64,000 nucleotides of DNA from Candidatus Falkowbacteria bacterium. Its GTDB lineage: Bacteria; Patescibacteriota; Patescibacteriia; CAIXNZ01. The position numbers and the translations under genes were made by a program. The stretch covers positions 21,913-85,912 of the forward strand of contig JAFGMD010000021.1 in assembly GCA_016927685.1 (NCBI GenBank). Direction: 5' to 3'. Shown here piece after piece: positions 1 through 9,834 of this stretch. Every line of letters begins with the position of its first letter. Within the stretch, counting starts at the first letter, position 1. The notes beneath the pieces are model-generated. The model had not been told where the DNA came from. It did no database searches and was given only the letters and a program-made list of their open reading frames with translations.

Positions 1-521
1 ACATTGGCGTTGGAATAGCTATTGCTTGCATTGGATTTGTACTGGGCGGCATATTTGGCGGATTGGGTATATTTAGTCTTGTTCTAAGCGGAATTTTAAT
101 AGCTTTTTTCGGTATTTTTATGCCTGCCAGGACAAAAGAGGGGGTATTAGCCAAAGAGCATATTTTAGGATTAAAAATGTATCTAAATGTTGCTGAGAAA
201 GCTAGGATTGAATTTCATAATGCACCAGCTAAAAATCCAGAAACATTTGAAAAATATTTGCCCTTTGCCATGGTTTTGGGCGTGGAAAAAGCATGGGCTA
301 AACAGTTTGAAGATATATATAATACCAAGCCTGACTGGTATAATGATCCATCAACTTCCAGTTTCAATTCCATGGCGCTTGTTAATAATTTAAATACTTT
401 TAGCGCTGAAGCGCGCTCCACTTTATCTTCTGCACCAGCTTCTGCTTCCAGCGGTTCTAGCGGCTTTGGCGGTGGCGGTTCTGGCGGAGGAGGCGGTGGG
501 GGTGGGGGAGGATCTTGGTAA
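1..521 (+). CDS. C-terminal part of a membrane protein with a Gly-rich tail (DUF2207-like); 5'-truncated by the window edge
   Basis: The reading frame is open from the window start (IGVGIAIACIGFVLGG...). Hydrophobic helices are followed by a poly-Gly/Ser C-terminus (GFGGGGSGGGGGGGGGGSW). The family assignment is from memory of DUF2207-type C-termini. Confidence 0.45.
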   Translation, partial: IGVGIAIACIGFVLGGIFGGLGIFSLVLSGILIAFFGIFMPARTKEGVLAKEHILGLKMYLNVAEKARIEFHNAPAKNPETFEKYLPFAMVLGVEKAWAKQFEDIYNTKPDWYNDPSTSSFNSMALVNNLNTFSAEARSTLSSAPASASSGSSGFGGGGSGGGGGGGGGGSW

Positions 522-569
522 ATTCTAAATACTAAATTCTAAATCCTAAAAAATAGGAATATTATTTTA

Positions 570-1571
570 ATGAACAAATTCTATACTCAATTTAACGATA
601 TCTTAAAAAATCAGCCTGCTTATAGAGTAAAACAGATTAAGCAGGCGATTTTTGTTGAACTCATTGATAATTGGGATAAAGCCATGACTTTACCTAAAGA
701 CCTTAGAATAGAATTGGCAAAAAAATTACCCCTGGAAATTAAGGCGCAAATTTTTGAATCAAAAGATGAGGATGCTGCCAAGGCTTTAATAACCTTAAGC
801 GATGGCCTAAAAGTTGAAACAGTGTTGATGAAACATAATCGCCGAAATACTGTTTGCGTTTCTTCGCAAGTCGGTTGTCCTTTGGGGTGTAAATTTTGCG
901 CCACAGGCGCCATGGGGTTTAAAAGAAATTTGGAAACTTGGGAAATAGTCAGCCAGGTTTTATTTTTTGCCAGAATTTTAAAAGCCCAAGGTGATAGGGT
1001 AGACAATATCGTTTTTATGGGCATGGGTGAGCCATTTTTAAATTATGATAATGTCATGGAGGCGATTAGAATTATTAATGATCCTCATGGCCTGTCCATT
1101 GGCATTCGTCATTTTTCCATTTCTACAATTGGTATAATCGAAGGTATTGAAAAGTTTGCTGATGAGAAAATGCAGGTTAATTTGGCCATTTCTTTACATG
1201 CGCCAGATGACAGGACTAGGATTGGCATAATTCCTTGCGGTAAAAAGTATACTATTCATAAAATTTTAGAAGCAGTTGATAATTATATTGCCAAAACTAA
1301 TCGTAAGGTAATGTTTGAATATTTGCTCATAAAAGATGTGAATGATTCAGATGAATTTGCTTTAAAATTAGCCAAATTAATGAAAAAACCACTTTATTTT
1401 GTGAACTTAATAACGTATAATAAAACTGGGGCCTATCAGCCACCCTCCACTGATAAGATAAAGCATTTTAAAGATATTTTAGAGAAAAACAGGGTATTTA
1501 CCACCTTAAGATACCGCTTTGGTGCTGATATTGAAGCCGCTTGTGGGCAATTAGCAGCTAAGAACAAATAA
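570..1571 (+). CDS. rlmN: 23S rRNA (adenine2503-C2)-methyltransferase, radical SAM (RlmN)
   Basis: Radical SAM CxxxCxxC motif (CPLGCKFCATG), a conserved RlmN N-terminus (YRVKQIKQAIF), and the C-terminal Cys (EAACGQ). Confidence 0.9.
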   Translation: MNKFYTQFNDILKNQPAYRVKQIKQAIFVELIDNWDKAMTLPKDLRIELAKKLPLEIKAQIFESKDEDAAKALITLSDGLKVETVLMKHNRRNTVCVSSQVGCPLGCKFCATGAMGFKRNLETWEIVSQVLFFARILKAQGDRVDNIVFMGMGEPFLNYDNVMEAIRIINDPHGLSIGIRHFSISTIGIIEGIEKFADEKMQVNLAISLHAPDDRTRIGIIPCGKKYTIHKILEAVDNYIAKTNRKVMFEYLLIKDVNDSDEFALKLAKLMKKPLYFVNLITYNKTGAYQPPSTDKIKHFKDILEKNRVFTTLRYRFGADIEAACGQLAAKNK

Positions 1572-1573
1572 AA

Positions 1574-2038
1574 ATGAAGTTAAATTACATCACAATTCCG
1601 ATAATTACTATTGCCGTTTCAGTATTAGGTAGTTTTTTAACTAGCGCTGGTATGGATTGGTATAAAACTTTAAAATTGCCATCTATAGCGCCTGGCGGAA
1701 ATATAATTGGCAGTGTTTGGACAGTTATTTTTATACTTTCAACTATTTCAGCATTGATTGTTTGGAATAACATTCCTAAAACAAATTTATTCTGGTGGAT
1801 TATTGGATTATTTATAGCAAATGCGATTTTGAATGTGCTATGGAGCTTTATTTTCTTTTATTCTCAAAGCATTGGACCCTCAATTATTGAAATGATAATT
1901 TTAGAACTTACAGTTTTGTGTCTATGCATTTTAATTTGGCCATTTTCCAAGATCGCTTCAATTTTACTTTGGCCATACGCGGCTTGGGTTATTTTTGCTA
2001 CATATCTGGCCTATAATATTTGGATTTTAAATAAATAG
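1574..2038 (+). CDS. tspO: TspO/MBR family tryptophan-rich sensory protein
   Basis: About 154 aa with 5 TM helices, W-rich motifs (DWYKTLKLPSIAPGG, WPYAAWVIFATYLAYNIW) typical of TspO. Confidence 0.7.
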   Translation: MKLNYITIPIITIAVSVLGSFLTSAGMDWYKTLKLPSIAPGGNIIGSVWTVIFILSTISALIVWNNIPKTNLFWWIIGLFIANAILNVLWSFIFFYSQSIGPSIIEMIILELTVLCLCILIWPFSKIASILLWPYAAWVIFATYLAYNIWILNK

Positions 2039-2076
2039 GTCTTTTGACCTAATATCTAATAATTAACGTTAAAAAC

Positions 2077-2283
2077 ATGAGAAGATTAAATGTCATGGAT
2101 TTAATTGCTTTTATTCTAGTGATCGTTGGCGCACTTAACTGGGGCTTGGTTGGTATATTCAACCTTAACCTTGTTACTGCAATTTTAGGCTCAATCCCTG
2201 TTTTAGTAACAATTGTTTATGTTTTAGTCGGATTGGCAGGCGTTTATTGCATTTATTTGCTTTTAAACGTTGGCAAAAAATAA
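2077..2283 (+). CDS. DUF378 family small membrane protein
   Basis: 68 aa with two TM helices. The LIAFILVIVGALNWGLVGIFNLNLV motif matches the DUF378 consensus (GxLNWGLVG). Confidence 0.6.
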   Translation: MRRLNVMDLIAFILVIVGALNWGLVGIFNLNLVTAILGSIPVLVTIVYVLVGLAGVYCIYLLLNVGKK

Positions 2284-2363
2284 GAATTTTTCAAAAACCC
2301 TCTTGCTTTTTGGCCAGAGGGTTTTGAATTGAATTAATGTTTGAATTATGGTAAATTAGGCAT

Positions 2364-4166
2364 ATGCTAAATTCACAAATTGAAGAAATAAAATCAAAAA
2401 TTGATATTGTTGATTTGATCTCCGAATACACTGCTTTAAAGCCAGCTGGAACTAATTGGAAAGCGCGCTGTCCGTTTCATAATGAAAGAACACCGTCTTT
2501 TATGGTTTCGCGAGATAAGCAAATTTGGCACTGTTTTGGTTGTGGCGAAGGCGGAGATATTTTTGAATTTGTGCAAAAAATAGAGGGTATGGAATTTTCT
2601 GAGGCTTTAAGGCATTTAGCCGAGAAGGCCGGAGTAAAATTAAAGAAAGTTGACCCTGCCATTGTTTCGCAAAAAACTAAATTATTAGATATTCTTAAAG
2701 TAGCCGCTGAATTTTTTCATTTGTCTTTATTAAAAACCCAAGAAGGCAAAATTGGTCGTGATTATATTGAAAAACGAAATTTATCTCAAAAAACAGTTTC
2801 TGATTTTAAAATTGGTTATGCGCCTGATTCTTGGGACAAGCTTTTAAATTTTTTAATTAAAAAGGGTTTTAAGCAAAACGAAATTTTACTTTCTGGCATG
2901 GTTATAAAGAACGAAAAGGGGCAATGTTATGACCGTTTTAGGTTAAGATTAATGTTTCCGATTTTTGATCAGCATGGTGCTGTTGTTGGTTTTACCGGCA
3001 GAATTTTAAATGAAGAAAAGCAGGATCAAGGCGGTAAATATGTAAATACGCCGCAAACAACGATATATAACAAGAGTTTGGTAATTTATGGTTTAGATAA
3101 AGCAAAAAATGAAATAAAGAAAAAAGATTTGGCAGTTATTGTTGAAGGCAATATGGATGTAGTCGCCTCTCATCAAGCTGGCATAACTAATGTAGTGGCT
3201 TCATCTGGGACTGCTTTAACGCAAGAACAACTTAAATTGTTAAAGCGCTATACAAATAATATTGCCTTATCATTTGATGCTGATTTGGCTGGTCAAGCTG
3301 CTGCAGAAAGAGGAATTGATGCAGCGTTGGCTTTGGGATTTAATATTAAAATTATTCAGTTACCTAAAGAAATAAATGGCAAATCCATAAAAGACCCCGA
3401 TGATTGCATAAAACAAGGTCAGGAATTTTGGCAAAAAGCCATAGATTCAGCAATTTCTATTATGGATTTTTATTTTGATAAAGTTTTTTTAAAATATAAC
3501 AAGGATAATCCAGAACAACGCAAGGAAATAGCCAATAAACTCTTTAAGCAAATAGCTAAATTGCCGGATTTAGTGGAGCGGGATTTTTATCTGACAAAAT
3601 TAGCTCAAAAACTGGATGTTCCTGAGAATATTTTAAGAGAGGCCTTTCATCCTTTTAATGACTCAAAGCAAAAAAATACTAATGAAGAAACTCTCTTTAA
3701 TAAAAAGAAAATTGATAGAGAAATAATGTTGGCGAGGCAATTAGTAGCCATAATTTTAAAATATCCCCAAAACCTTGATTATGTAATTAGTCATTTGGAG
3801 GTAGAAACATTGCCCGATTCGCAATTACAGCAAATTTACAGGGAAATTATTTTATATTATAATGATAAGAAGGAGTTTGATTATTCTCAATTTGAAAAAA
3901 TATTATCAGACAAGACCAAAGAATTACTCAACCCAACTTCTACCTTGTTGCTATTAGCTGATAAGGATTTTTTTGATTTTACAGATGATCAAATAGAAAG
4001 AGAATTAATTAATATTGTTTCGGCTTTAAAAAAAGATTATATTAATAAAAAATTAAAACAGGTGCAAATGCTGATTGCTCAGGCGGAAAAACAAAAGAAT
4101 AAACAGCAAATCGAAGAACTGGCCAAGGAATTTTCAATCTTAACTTCAAAATTAAACAACTTATAA
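2364..4166 (+). CDS. dnaG: DNA primase DnaG
   Basis: CHC2 zinc finger ([34 protein letters not shown]) and a TOPRIM region ([16 protein letters not shown]); the length is typical of DnaG. Confidence 0.9.
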   Translation: MLNSQIEEIKSKIDIVDLISEYTALKPAGTNWKARCPFHNERTPSFMVSRDKQIWHCFGCGEGGDIFEFVQKIEGMEFSEALRHLAEKAGVKLKKVDPAIVSQKTKLLDILKVAAEFFHLSLLKTQEGKIGRDYIEKRNLSQKTVSDFKIGYAPDSWDKLLNFLIKKGFKQNEILLSGMVIKNEKGQCYDRFRLRLMFPIFDQHGAVVGFTGRILNEEKQDQGGKYVNTPQTTIYNKSLVIYGLDKAKNEIKKKDLAVIVEGNMDVVASHQAGITNVVASSGTALTQEQLKLLKRYTNNIALSFDADLAGQAAAERGIDAALALGFNIKIIQLPKEINGKSIKDPDDCIKQGQEFWQKAIDSAISIMDFYFDKVFLKYNKDNPEQRKEIANKLFKQIAKLPDLVERDFYLTKLAQKLDVPENILREAFHPFNDSKQKNTNEETLFNKKKIDREIMLARQLVAIILKYPQNLDYVISHLEVETLPDSQLQQIYREIILYYNDKKEFDYSQFEKILSDKTKELLNPTSTLLLLADKDFFDFTDDQIERELINIVSALKKDYINKKLKQVQMLIAQAEKQKNKQQIEELAKEFSILTSKLNNL

Positions 4167-4171
4167 TATTT

Positions 4172-5401
4172 ATGCCTAAAAAAACAAAGAAAAAATTTTC
4201 TTCTAAAGTGAGAAAAATAAAAAAACTGCGTCCTAAAAAGAAATTAGGCAAGAAGGCTAAAAAAGCAGGCAGAAAGAAAAAAGCAGGCAGAAAGGGCAAG
4301 CGCGAAATAAAGAGGCCAACGGATGATCAATTAAATTTGCTTTTAGCCAAGGGCAGAAGTCGTGGTTTTGTGACTGAGCATGAATTATTAATGACCTTTC
4401 CTGAAGTTGAAGATTATATTGATACATTTGAAAAGTTTTTAGATATTTTAGACCAAAATAGCGTACAAATAGTATCTTTAAAAGGCGGAATGTTAATGAA
4501 AAGCAAGGAAAAAGATGAAGCACTTGGCAAAACAAGCACCGGCAAGGAAAGAAAAAAAATTGAATTAGCAGACATTAGCAGTGAAGATTCAATCCAAATG
4601 TATCTTCGCGAAATCGGTAAAGTCCCGCTTTTAAAAGGTGAGGAAGAAATGGCTTTGGCGCGCCGAAAAGATAAGGGTGATCAAGAAGCAGTAAAAAAAT
4701 TAATAGAAGCTAATTTGCGCTTAGTTGTGTCTATCGCCAAAAAATTCGTGGGAAAAAACATGTCTCTGCTTGATTTGATTCAAGAGGGTAATATGGGTTT
4801 ATTTAAAGCAGTAGAAAAATTTGACCCTAGCAAGGGCTATAAGTTCTCAACTTATGCTACTTGGTGGATAAGGCAGGCCATTACCAGATCTTTGGCTGAT
4901 CAATCAAGGACAATAAGAATTCCAGTCCATATGGTGGAAACAATAAATAAATTCCAGCAGGTCCAAAGGCGTTTAATTCAGGATTTGGGTCGCGAGCCAT
5001 TGCCAGAAGAAATTGCTGCTGAAATGGGGGAAGACGTAGAAAAGGTTAGGCATATTATTAATATTTCACAAGAAACAGTGTCATTAGAAACATCAGTGGG
5101 CGAGGATGAAGATGATTCAACATTAGAGGACTTCATTGAAGATGTAAAAAATATGGCGCCAGACCGTTCTGCTGCTTTACAGCTTTTAAGGGATTATGTT
5201 AAAGAAATTATCAGCGAATTATCACCTAGAGAGCAAAAAATATTAGAAATGCGCTTTGGTTTAACTGACGGCGTAGCTCATACCCTAGAAGAGGTTGGAA
5301 AGGAATTTGATGTGACTCGCGAACGTATCAGACAGATTGAAGCCAAGGCATTAGAAAAAATAAAAATGCATCACCAGATTGAAAAATTAAAAGATTTCTA
5401 A
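4172..5401 (+). CDS. rpoD: RNA polymerase sigma-70 factor RpoD with a Lys-rich N-terminal extension
   Basis: Region 1.2/2 ([44 protein letters not shown]), region 3 ([13 protein letters not shown]) and a region 4 HTH ([23 protein letters not shown]). Confidence 0.9.
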   Translation: MPKKTKKKFSSKVRKIKKLRPKKKLGKKAKKAGRKKKAGRKGKREIKRPTDDQLNLLLAKGRSRGFVTEHELLMTFPEVEDYIDTFEKFLDILDQNSVQIVSLKGGMLMKSKEKDEALGKTSTGKERKKIELADISSEDSIQMYLREIGKVPLLKGEEEMALARRKDKGDQEAVKKLIEANLRLVVSIAKKFVGKNMSLLDLIQEGNMGLFKAVEKFDPSKGYKFSTYATWWIRQAITRSLADQSRTIRIPVHMVETINKFQQVQRRLIQDLGREPLPEEIAAEMGEDVEKVRHIINISQETVSLETSVGEDEDDSTLEDFIEDVKNMAPDRSAALQLLRDYVKEIISELSPREQKILEMRFGLTDGVAHTLEEVGKEFDVTRERIRQIEAKALEKIKMHHQIEKLKDF

Positions 5402-5404
5402 AAT

Positions 5405-5433
5405 AAAAAAGCCACGCGTTGCGTGGCTTTTTG
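5405..5433. terminator. bidirectional intrinsic terminator (rpoD / convergent 5436..5897 gene)
   Basis: GC hairpin gccacgcGTTgcgtggc flanked by an A-run upstream and a T-run downstream, between convergent genes. Confidence 0.6.
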
Positions 5434-5435
5434 AT

Positions 5436-5897
5436 TTAAGCCGACAAAAGCTCAAGTTCATGATAATGGCAGATAGAAATTGTAGGGTGGTCTTCACCAA
5501 TTTTATCCAAAACTTCTTTAGTTTTGTCTAGCCAGCGAGCATCGCAAGGCATAAGATCAGTCTGATTGAAACAAACAAGTGCGTCCTCTTTTGTTAAGAA
5601 AAGAGCAACTATTTTTGATGTACCAGCCCTCCACCACATAGTATTGACTATTTCAAGACGGCGCTCTTCTCCGGTCTGGGAAGATAACATACTATGAGCT
5701 TCGGGGATATAAAATTGTAAATTCTTAGCAATTGCTAACATAGGACCACTAATTTTTTCACTAATCTCTATTTTTCCTTCTTTTTTCTGGGCGATCTTTT
5801 CTGCAAAAGGCTGACCACTTTCATTCTTGGATATTACCATGTAAAGCGAATTCTTTGTTACAGCATAGAATTTTTCCAAAATTTCTGACATAAACAC
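5436..5897 (-). CDS. hypothetical protein
   Basis: 153-aa ORF with an RBS-like aaaggaggtg upstream of the ATG. No domain recognised. Confidence 0.4.
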   Translation of the reverse strand: MFMSEILEKFYAVTKNSLYMVISKNESGQPFAEKIAQKKEGKIEISEKISGPMLAIAKNLQFYIPEAHSMLSSQTGEERRLEIVNTMWWRAGTSKIVALFLTKEDALVCFNQTDLMPCDARWLDKTKEVLDKIGEDHPTISICHYHELELLSA

Positions 5898-6021
5898 CTC
5901 CTTTTATATATTTCTTTTATCAGCTTGAGAATATTTTGTCAATATAATATTAATTCATTGACTTGAAGATTTTTTTGTGCTATTATATCATATATAAAAC
6001 GAATTTCACTTCGTTTTTTTA

Positions 6022-6038
6022 TTCCGGGGTAGCGCAGT
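6022..6038 (+). repeat. 17-nt direct repeat copying the 5' end of tRNA-Asn (pseudo-tRNA fragment)
   Basis: ttccggggtagcgcagt at 6022-6038 is identical to 6344-6360, the 5' acceptor/D-arm of the tRNA. It is followed by two small hairpins (ccgccAGAggcgg, cagccTTCGgctg) and a ttaagggc motif that recurs after the tRNA at about 6461. Confidence 0.6.
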
Positions 6039-6092
6039 TTCCGCCAGAGGCGGATCAGCCTTCGGCTGAGGCTGTCTTAAGGGCTTAAAATT

Positions 6093-6338
6093 ATGTATTA
6101 TGTTTACGTATTAAAAAGCTTAAAGAATGGCAAAAGATATGTTGGCTTTACCAGTAAACAATTGAATGCTAGATTTAAGGAACACAATGCTGGTTCTAAT
6201 AAATGGACACGAGAAAATAGACCTTTTATAAATATATATTCAGAAGAATATAAAACAAAAACCGAAGCAATGAAACGCGAAAAATTTCTAAAATCTGGGC
6301 AAGGAAGAAAAATTTTAGATAGTATTATCGATAAGTAA
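6093..6338 (+). CDS. GIY-YIG nuclease family protein (small URI-domain, COG2827-like)
   Basis: 81 aa; YYVYVL...GKRYVGFT...RFKEHN...REKFLK matches the GIY-YIG core (GIY, YIG, Arg, Glu). It lies between the tRNA 5' repeat copies. Confidence 0.8.
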   Translation: MYYVYVLKSLKNGKRYVGFTSKQLNARFKEHNAGSNKWTRENRPFINIYSEEYKTKTEAMKREKFLKSGQGRKILDSIIDK

Positions 6339-6344
6339 TAATTT

Positions 6345-6419
6345 TCCGGGGTAGCGCAGTGGTAGCGCAGTTGGCTGTTAACCAATTGGTCGTGGGTTCG
6401 AATCCCACCCCCGGAGCCA
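6345..6419 (+). tRNA. tRNA-Asn (anticodon GTT)
   Basis: Manual fold: acceptor TCCGGGG/CCCCGGA, D-arm GCGC-AGTGGTA-GCGC, anticodon stem GTTGG/CCAAT with loop CTGTTAA (GTT), T-arm GTGGG-TTCGAAT-CCCAC, discriminator G and an encoded CCA. Confidence 0.85.
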
Positions 6420-8006
6420 TTCTGCACGAACAGAGGCGAGAGCCTCTGTTTTTGCTTTGTTTAAGGGCAGTATCTTTGGTTCTAACCTTAGATATTCTTT
6501 TTCTAAGACTGAATAACTATTTTTTATTGGGAGAAACCAATTATTGGCGGAAATAGTGAGTTTCCCGTCTTTCATCAAAAAGTTCGAGCCTAAAGCCATT
6601 ACAATGCTTTTCTTGGCTTGTAAATCTCCCAATAAGAAGTTTTTGTAAGCATAAGTAGCAAAGTTAAAGGTATTTTCAGTCAATTCTAACCAACGCTCTG
6701 CTCTGGCTTCGGTCTCCCGTAATTTTTCTTTTAGCTGAATTATTTTTGATTGGAGTAAATTTTTTTCTTTGGTAAAAGCTTCATCATCAATCAGCTCCCT
6801 ATATCGCATTTTGGTAAGCTCATCAATTTCTTTTTGGGTTTTTAGCAAATCAATGCTTAAGCTTTCGTGAATTTTACTTCGGTCTTCAATTTCCTTATCA
6901 TTTGACTGATTTAATACTCCCAAAGCCCAATCTCTAAAATCTGGTAAAATTGTAATGCTTTTTAGTTCATCCAAGATTTGATTTTCTAATTCTTCCTCTC
7001 TGATAACTTTTTTTTGGGAGCAATTTACTCTTATTGTTTTTCTGGTGCAATGGTAGTAAGTATATTTTTTAATCACCCCCGTGCTTTTAATAAACTTCTT
7101 TTTAATTTCAGCCGTATAAAGACAACCGCATTCAGCACATCTGATAAGTCCAGTAAAAGCGAATTTATATTTTTGCGGTCTTGGCTTGCCCTTTTTGCCA
7201 AGTAAAATCTGCACTCGGTCAAATTCTTCCAATGTAATAATTGGTTTGTGATTGCCCTGATATTGTTTGCCAGCCCAATCAATAATGCCAGCATAGAAAA
7301 TATTGTTAAAAATTCTGTATATCCCGCTTTTAGATAATTTGTTATCGCCAATCCTTTTATATTTTTTAGTTCTAAAGCCCCATTCATTATTAGCTAATTC
7401 AAGAATTTTAGGCGGTGTATAATTGCCAGTCAGCATTAAATCCCACATTTTCCTAACCAAGTTAAAACGCTCTGGGTCTTCAGCGATTGTTTTATTTTCT
7501 TTATCGTTGACATAGCCAAGGGGAGCTAAATTGGGCAACCAGCCTTTTTCTAATTTACTTTCCAAACCTCTTTTAGTATTTTTCTTTAAATCAAGGATGT
7601 ATTGATTGGCAACGCCAGTTTCAACACTAAAAAGCAGAACATTGTCATCTGGGAGATATTGCCTATCTATTGTTTGAATTGATTTAAGCGTCCCTTGCTG
7701 TAAAAGCCAGCCTAATTTACCGCTATCAATCGGATTTCTTGAAAGGCGGTTTATTTGCCAGCATAAAATCCCATCTGCTTCGCCTTGCTCTATTTTTTGT
7801 ATCATTTCATCAAATAGGGGTCTGTTATAGGGTTTCTTGGCAGATTTGGCTTCAGTATAAATCTTTTTAATGCTTAAATTCGTTTCTTGAGCTAATTTTT
7901 TTAAGCGGTTGATTTGGTCATCAATTGACTGGACTTGGCGGTCTTCACTTTCAGATGATTTTCTGGCGTAGAGAAAATATTTGATTTTTGATTTATTTTC
8001 GGTCAT
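6378..8006 (-). CDS. large serine recombinase (phage-integrase type; resolvase catalytic domain + recombinase domain + zinc ribbon + coiled coil)
   Basis: N-terminal resolvase motif (YARKSSESEDRQVQSIDDQ with catalytic Ser, WQINRLSRN), a Cys cluster (CAECGCLY...YYHC) and a C-terminal coiled coil. The last 14 codons (WLRGWDSNPRPIG) are the reverse-strand reading of the tRNA T-arm and acceptor; the stop codon falls in the anticodon loop. Confidence 0.85.
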   Translation of the reverse strand: MTENKSKIKYFLYARKSSESEDRQVQSIDDQINRLKKLAQETNLSIKKIYTEAKSAKKPYNRPLFDEMIQKIEQGEADGILCWQINRLSRNPIDSGKLGWLLQQGTLKSIQTIDRQYLPDDNVLLFSVETGVANQYILDLKKNTKRGLESKLEKGWLPNLAPLGYVNDKENKTIAEDPERFNLVRKMWDLMLTGNYTPPKILELANNEWGFRTKKYKRIGDNKLSKSGIYRIFNNIFYAGIIDWAGKQYQGNHKPIITLEEFDRVQILLGKKGKPRPQKYKFAFTGLIRCAECGCLYTAEIKKKFIKSTGVIKKYTYYHCTRKTIRVNCSQKKVIREEELENQILDELKSITILPDFRDWALGVLNQSNDKEIEDRSKIHESLSIDLLKTQKEIDELTKMRYRELIDDEAFTKEKNLLQSKIIQLKEKLRETEARAERWLELTENTFNFATYAYKNFLLGDLQAKKSIVMALGSNFLMKDGKLTISANNWFLPIKNSYSVLEKEYLRLEPKILPLNKAKTEALASVRAEWLRGWDSNPRPIG

Positions 8007-8032
8007 ATAATTATAATTTAATAATTAAAATG

Positions 8033-8150
8033 GACGGTTCTGGTTAACCCAACACACTTGCCCGAAGGTAGTTTTGTCGGCAGAACCGCCCATTAAAAGC
8101 GACAAAAAATAATAAATCCTTCGAACATAGATTGTGTGTGGGTTAACACT
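8033..8150. promoter_or_regulatory. nested imperfect inverted repeats immediately upstream of the recombinase start (candidate att-like or operator site)
   Basis: gttaacccaacacac (8044-8058) pairs with gtgtgtgggttaac (8136-8149). gacggttctg (8033-8042) pairs with cagaaccgcc (8081-8090). cccgaagg pairs with ccttcgaa. Confidence 0.45.
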
Positions 8151-8194
8151 TGTATTATAGCCTATTTTAAAGATTAAGTAAAATTAAATTTCAT

Positions 8195-9094
8195 CTAATT
8201 TATTTTCTCTTTTATCACTTCGCTTGCCTTGGGATAACTTGCATACATTTTATCATTTTCTTCCTTGCCATAAGTCATTGCTATAAGTTGCTTTACTCTT
8301 ATTTTAAACATTGCTTTTTGTTCTTCAGTTATTTCATTATTTGTCTGGTTAGACTGATTAAAATTATTTTGTTGAGAAACTAGAAATTTATTATTATCAA
8401 GCATTGCTGGCAAAAAACCAAATCTAACTAACAACTTATCAAGTTCATTTAAATGATTAGACAGTTTAGCAAGGGATATTTGTAAAAATTCATAACTTAA
8501 AACTAATGACTTGCTGGGCATTAAATCGCCTGCATTGGCTTTTTTAATTTTCTTTTTTAAATTGCCGATACCTTCTTCCATTGATAAAACAATACTTTCT
8601 GATTTTTGATATAATTTCACCCTTGCCGAAAAAATATCAAAATCTTTTAATACTCTGCCTATTTTAACTTCATCTCTTAGTCGCAATGCTATACCTTGAA
8701 CTTCAAGTTCTTGATTTTCCTTGCTCAACTTCTTTTTAAAATCATTTATACTAACAACGCTTGGTATAAGTTCTTTGGGTATATCTGGAAATTCTCTAAG
8801 CATATCTTCTAAAAAAAATGGGGCTGGAACGCTTAAGGTTATCAATGCTTTTATGGCAAACTCACGAAAACCTTTTTTGGTATTCATCAAATATCCAAGC
8901 TTCCCGCCATACTTTTTATACTTTATAGCAGTTTGAATATATTCTTTACCGACTGTATGTTTCTTTGGTTTAACATTAACTTGCTTATTCTCTTGCGGAT
9001 TTTTCTCTATTTGTAATTTTAATTTTGCCATAGTTGCTTTTTTTAGGTATTTTCTCTTTATTTCTCTATAATAAAGAAAGTTAATTATTATCAC
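8195..9094 (-). CDS. hypothetical protein (element cargo)
   Basis: 299-aa ORF; the likely true start is the internal MAKLKLQ. No recognised domain. Confidence 0.4.
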   Translation of the reverse strand: MIIINFLYYREIKRKYLKKATMAKLKLQIEKNPQENKQVNVKPKKHTVGKEYIQTAIKYKKYGGKLGYLMNTKKGFREFAIKALITLSVPAPFFLEDMLREFPDIPKELIPSVVSINDFKKKLSKENQELEVQGIALRLRDEVKIGRVLKDFDIFSARVKLYQKSESIVLSMEEGIGNLKKKIKKANAGDLMPSKSLVLSYEFLQISLAKLSNHLNELDKLLVRFGFLPAMLDNNKFLVSQQNNFNQSNQTNNEITEEQKAMFKIRVKQLIAMTYGKEENDKMYASYPKASEVIKEKIN

Positions 9095-9156
9095 TAAAGA
9101 AGTAATATATTAAGTATCAACACATTATAGGAATAGACTTTAAAGTTCTTTTATTT

Positions 9157-9174
9157 TGCTATATAGTATTATAA
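9157..9174. promoter_or_regulatory. perfect 18-bp palindrome in the promoter region of the 8195..9094 gene (candidate operator)
   Basis: atagtattataatactat reads identically on both strands. It sits in the AT-rich intergenic region upstream of a minus-strand gene. Confidence 0.3.
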
Positions 9175-9209
9175 TACTATTACTTTAGAATTCTATATCC
9201 ATTGCTAAA

Positions 9210-9527
9210 CTAATCCCTTTCGTTTATTGATTGGCTTATCAGATATTCAGTATGTTCAGTATTAAATTTTTCTAAAACTAACTTGCAAAATGAATTCCAC
9301 AGCTCCTTATCATCAGTCCAAAATATCTTTATCCATTTACCGCCCCCAGAACGATTAGCGGGCGGATATGCTACAAAGGGTTCTTTATTTTCAAATATTG
9401 ATTTTCTAATAGTGAAACCTCTGATTTCAAACTGCCCAATTATTAAAATCATTGTAGCTGGCATTTCTGGATTGTCAGTAAATTTGAATTTGAATTTTAA
9501 AGCATTTAAATCTATAGTCATAGTCAT
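9210..9527 (-). CDS. SpoVG-like protein
   Basis: 105 aa. The pattern ...IIGQFEIRGFTIRKS...EPFVAYPPANRSGGGKWIKIFWTDDKELWNSFCKLVLEKF resembles the SpoVG core (hDIRVIdg..GLFVAMPSrR...g.frDIahPI...R..I...VL). Confidence 0.4.
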   Translation of the reverse strand: MTMTIDLNALKFKFKFTDNPEMPATMILIIGQFEIRGFTIRKSIFENKEPFVAYPPANRSGGGKWIKIFWTDDKELWNSFCKLVLEKFNTEHTEYLISQSINERD

Positions 9528-9572
9528 TTATGTTAATAGCTTAAATAAATCGCTGTAATCGCCAATTTGCCC

Positions 9573-9800
9573 CTAATTTGGGCGGTCTTCAGAGGTGTTA
9601 GCAAAAAGCTCAAGATGTTTTAATATGCCCCTTTTATCGCTTTGGGAGTAATCGTCTTTAACTACCAGTCGATTAAACCAATGGCTGATTGTCTTTTTAG
9701 TAAAACCTCGACCCTTTATTGCCATCGCAAAGCAAAGATAAGAGCTGTAATAGGAATTTCTATTTTGGATTTTGGTAAATCTCCGTGCTAAAGATTTCAT
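9573..9800 (-). CDS. hypothetical small basic protein
   Basis: 75-aa ORF in the co-directional block. No domain recognised. Confidence 0.3.
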   Translation of the reverse strand: MKSLARRFTKIQNRNSYYSSYLCFAMAIKGRGFTKKTISHWFNRLVVKDDYSQSDKRGILKHLELFANTSEDRPN

Positions 9801-9834
9801 AATTTTAATGTTAATTATAATTATTTAAGGATTT

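Noticed and set aside
6104-6427. 107-aa minus-strand ORF (and the 65-aa plus ORF 6359..6556) overlapping tRNA-Asn and the GIY-YIG gene
   Set aside because: Its sequence (…GGGIRTHDQLVNSQLRYHCATPE…) is the typical translation of a tRNA gene read through, and it overlaps a well-supported GIY-YIG CDS. It is spurious.
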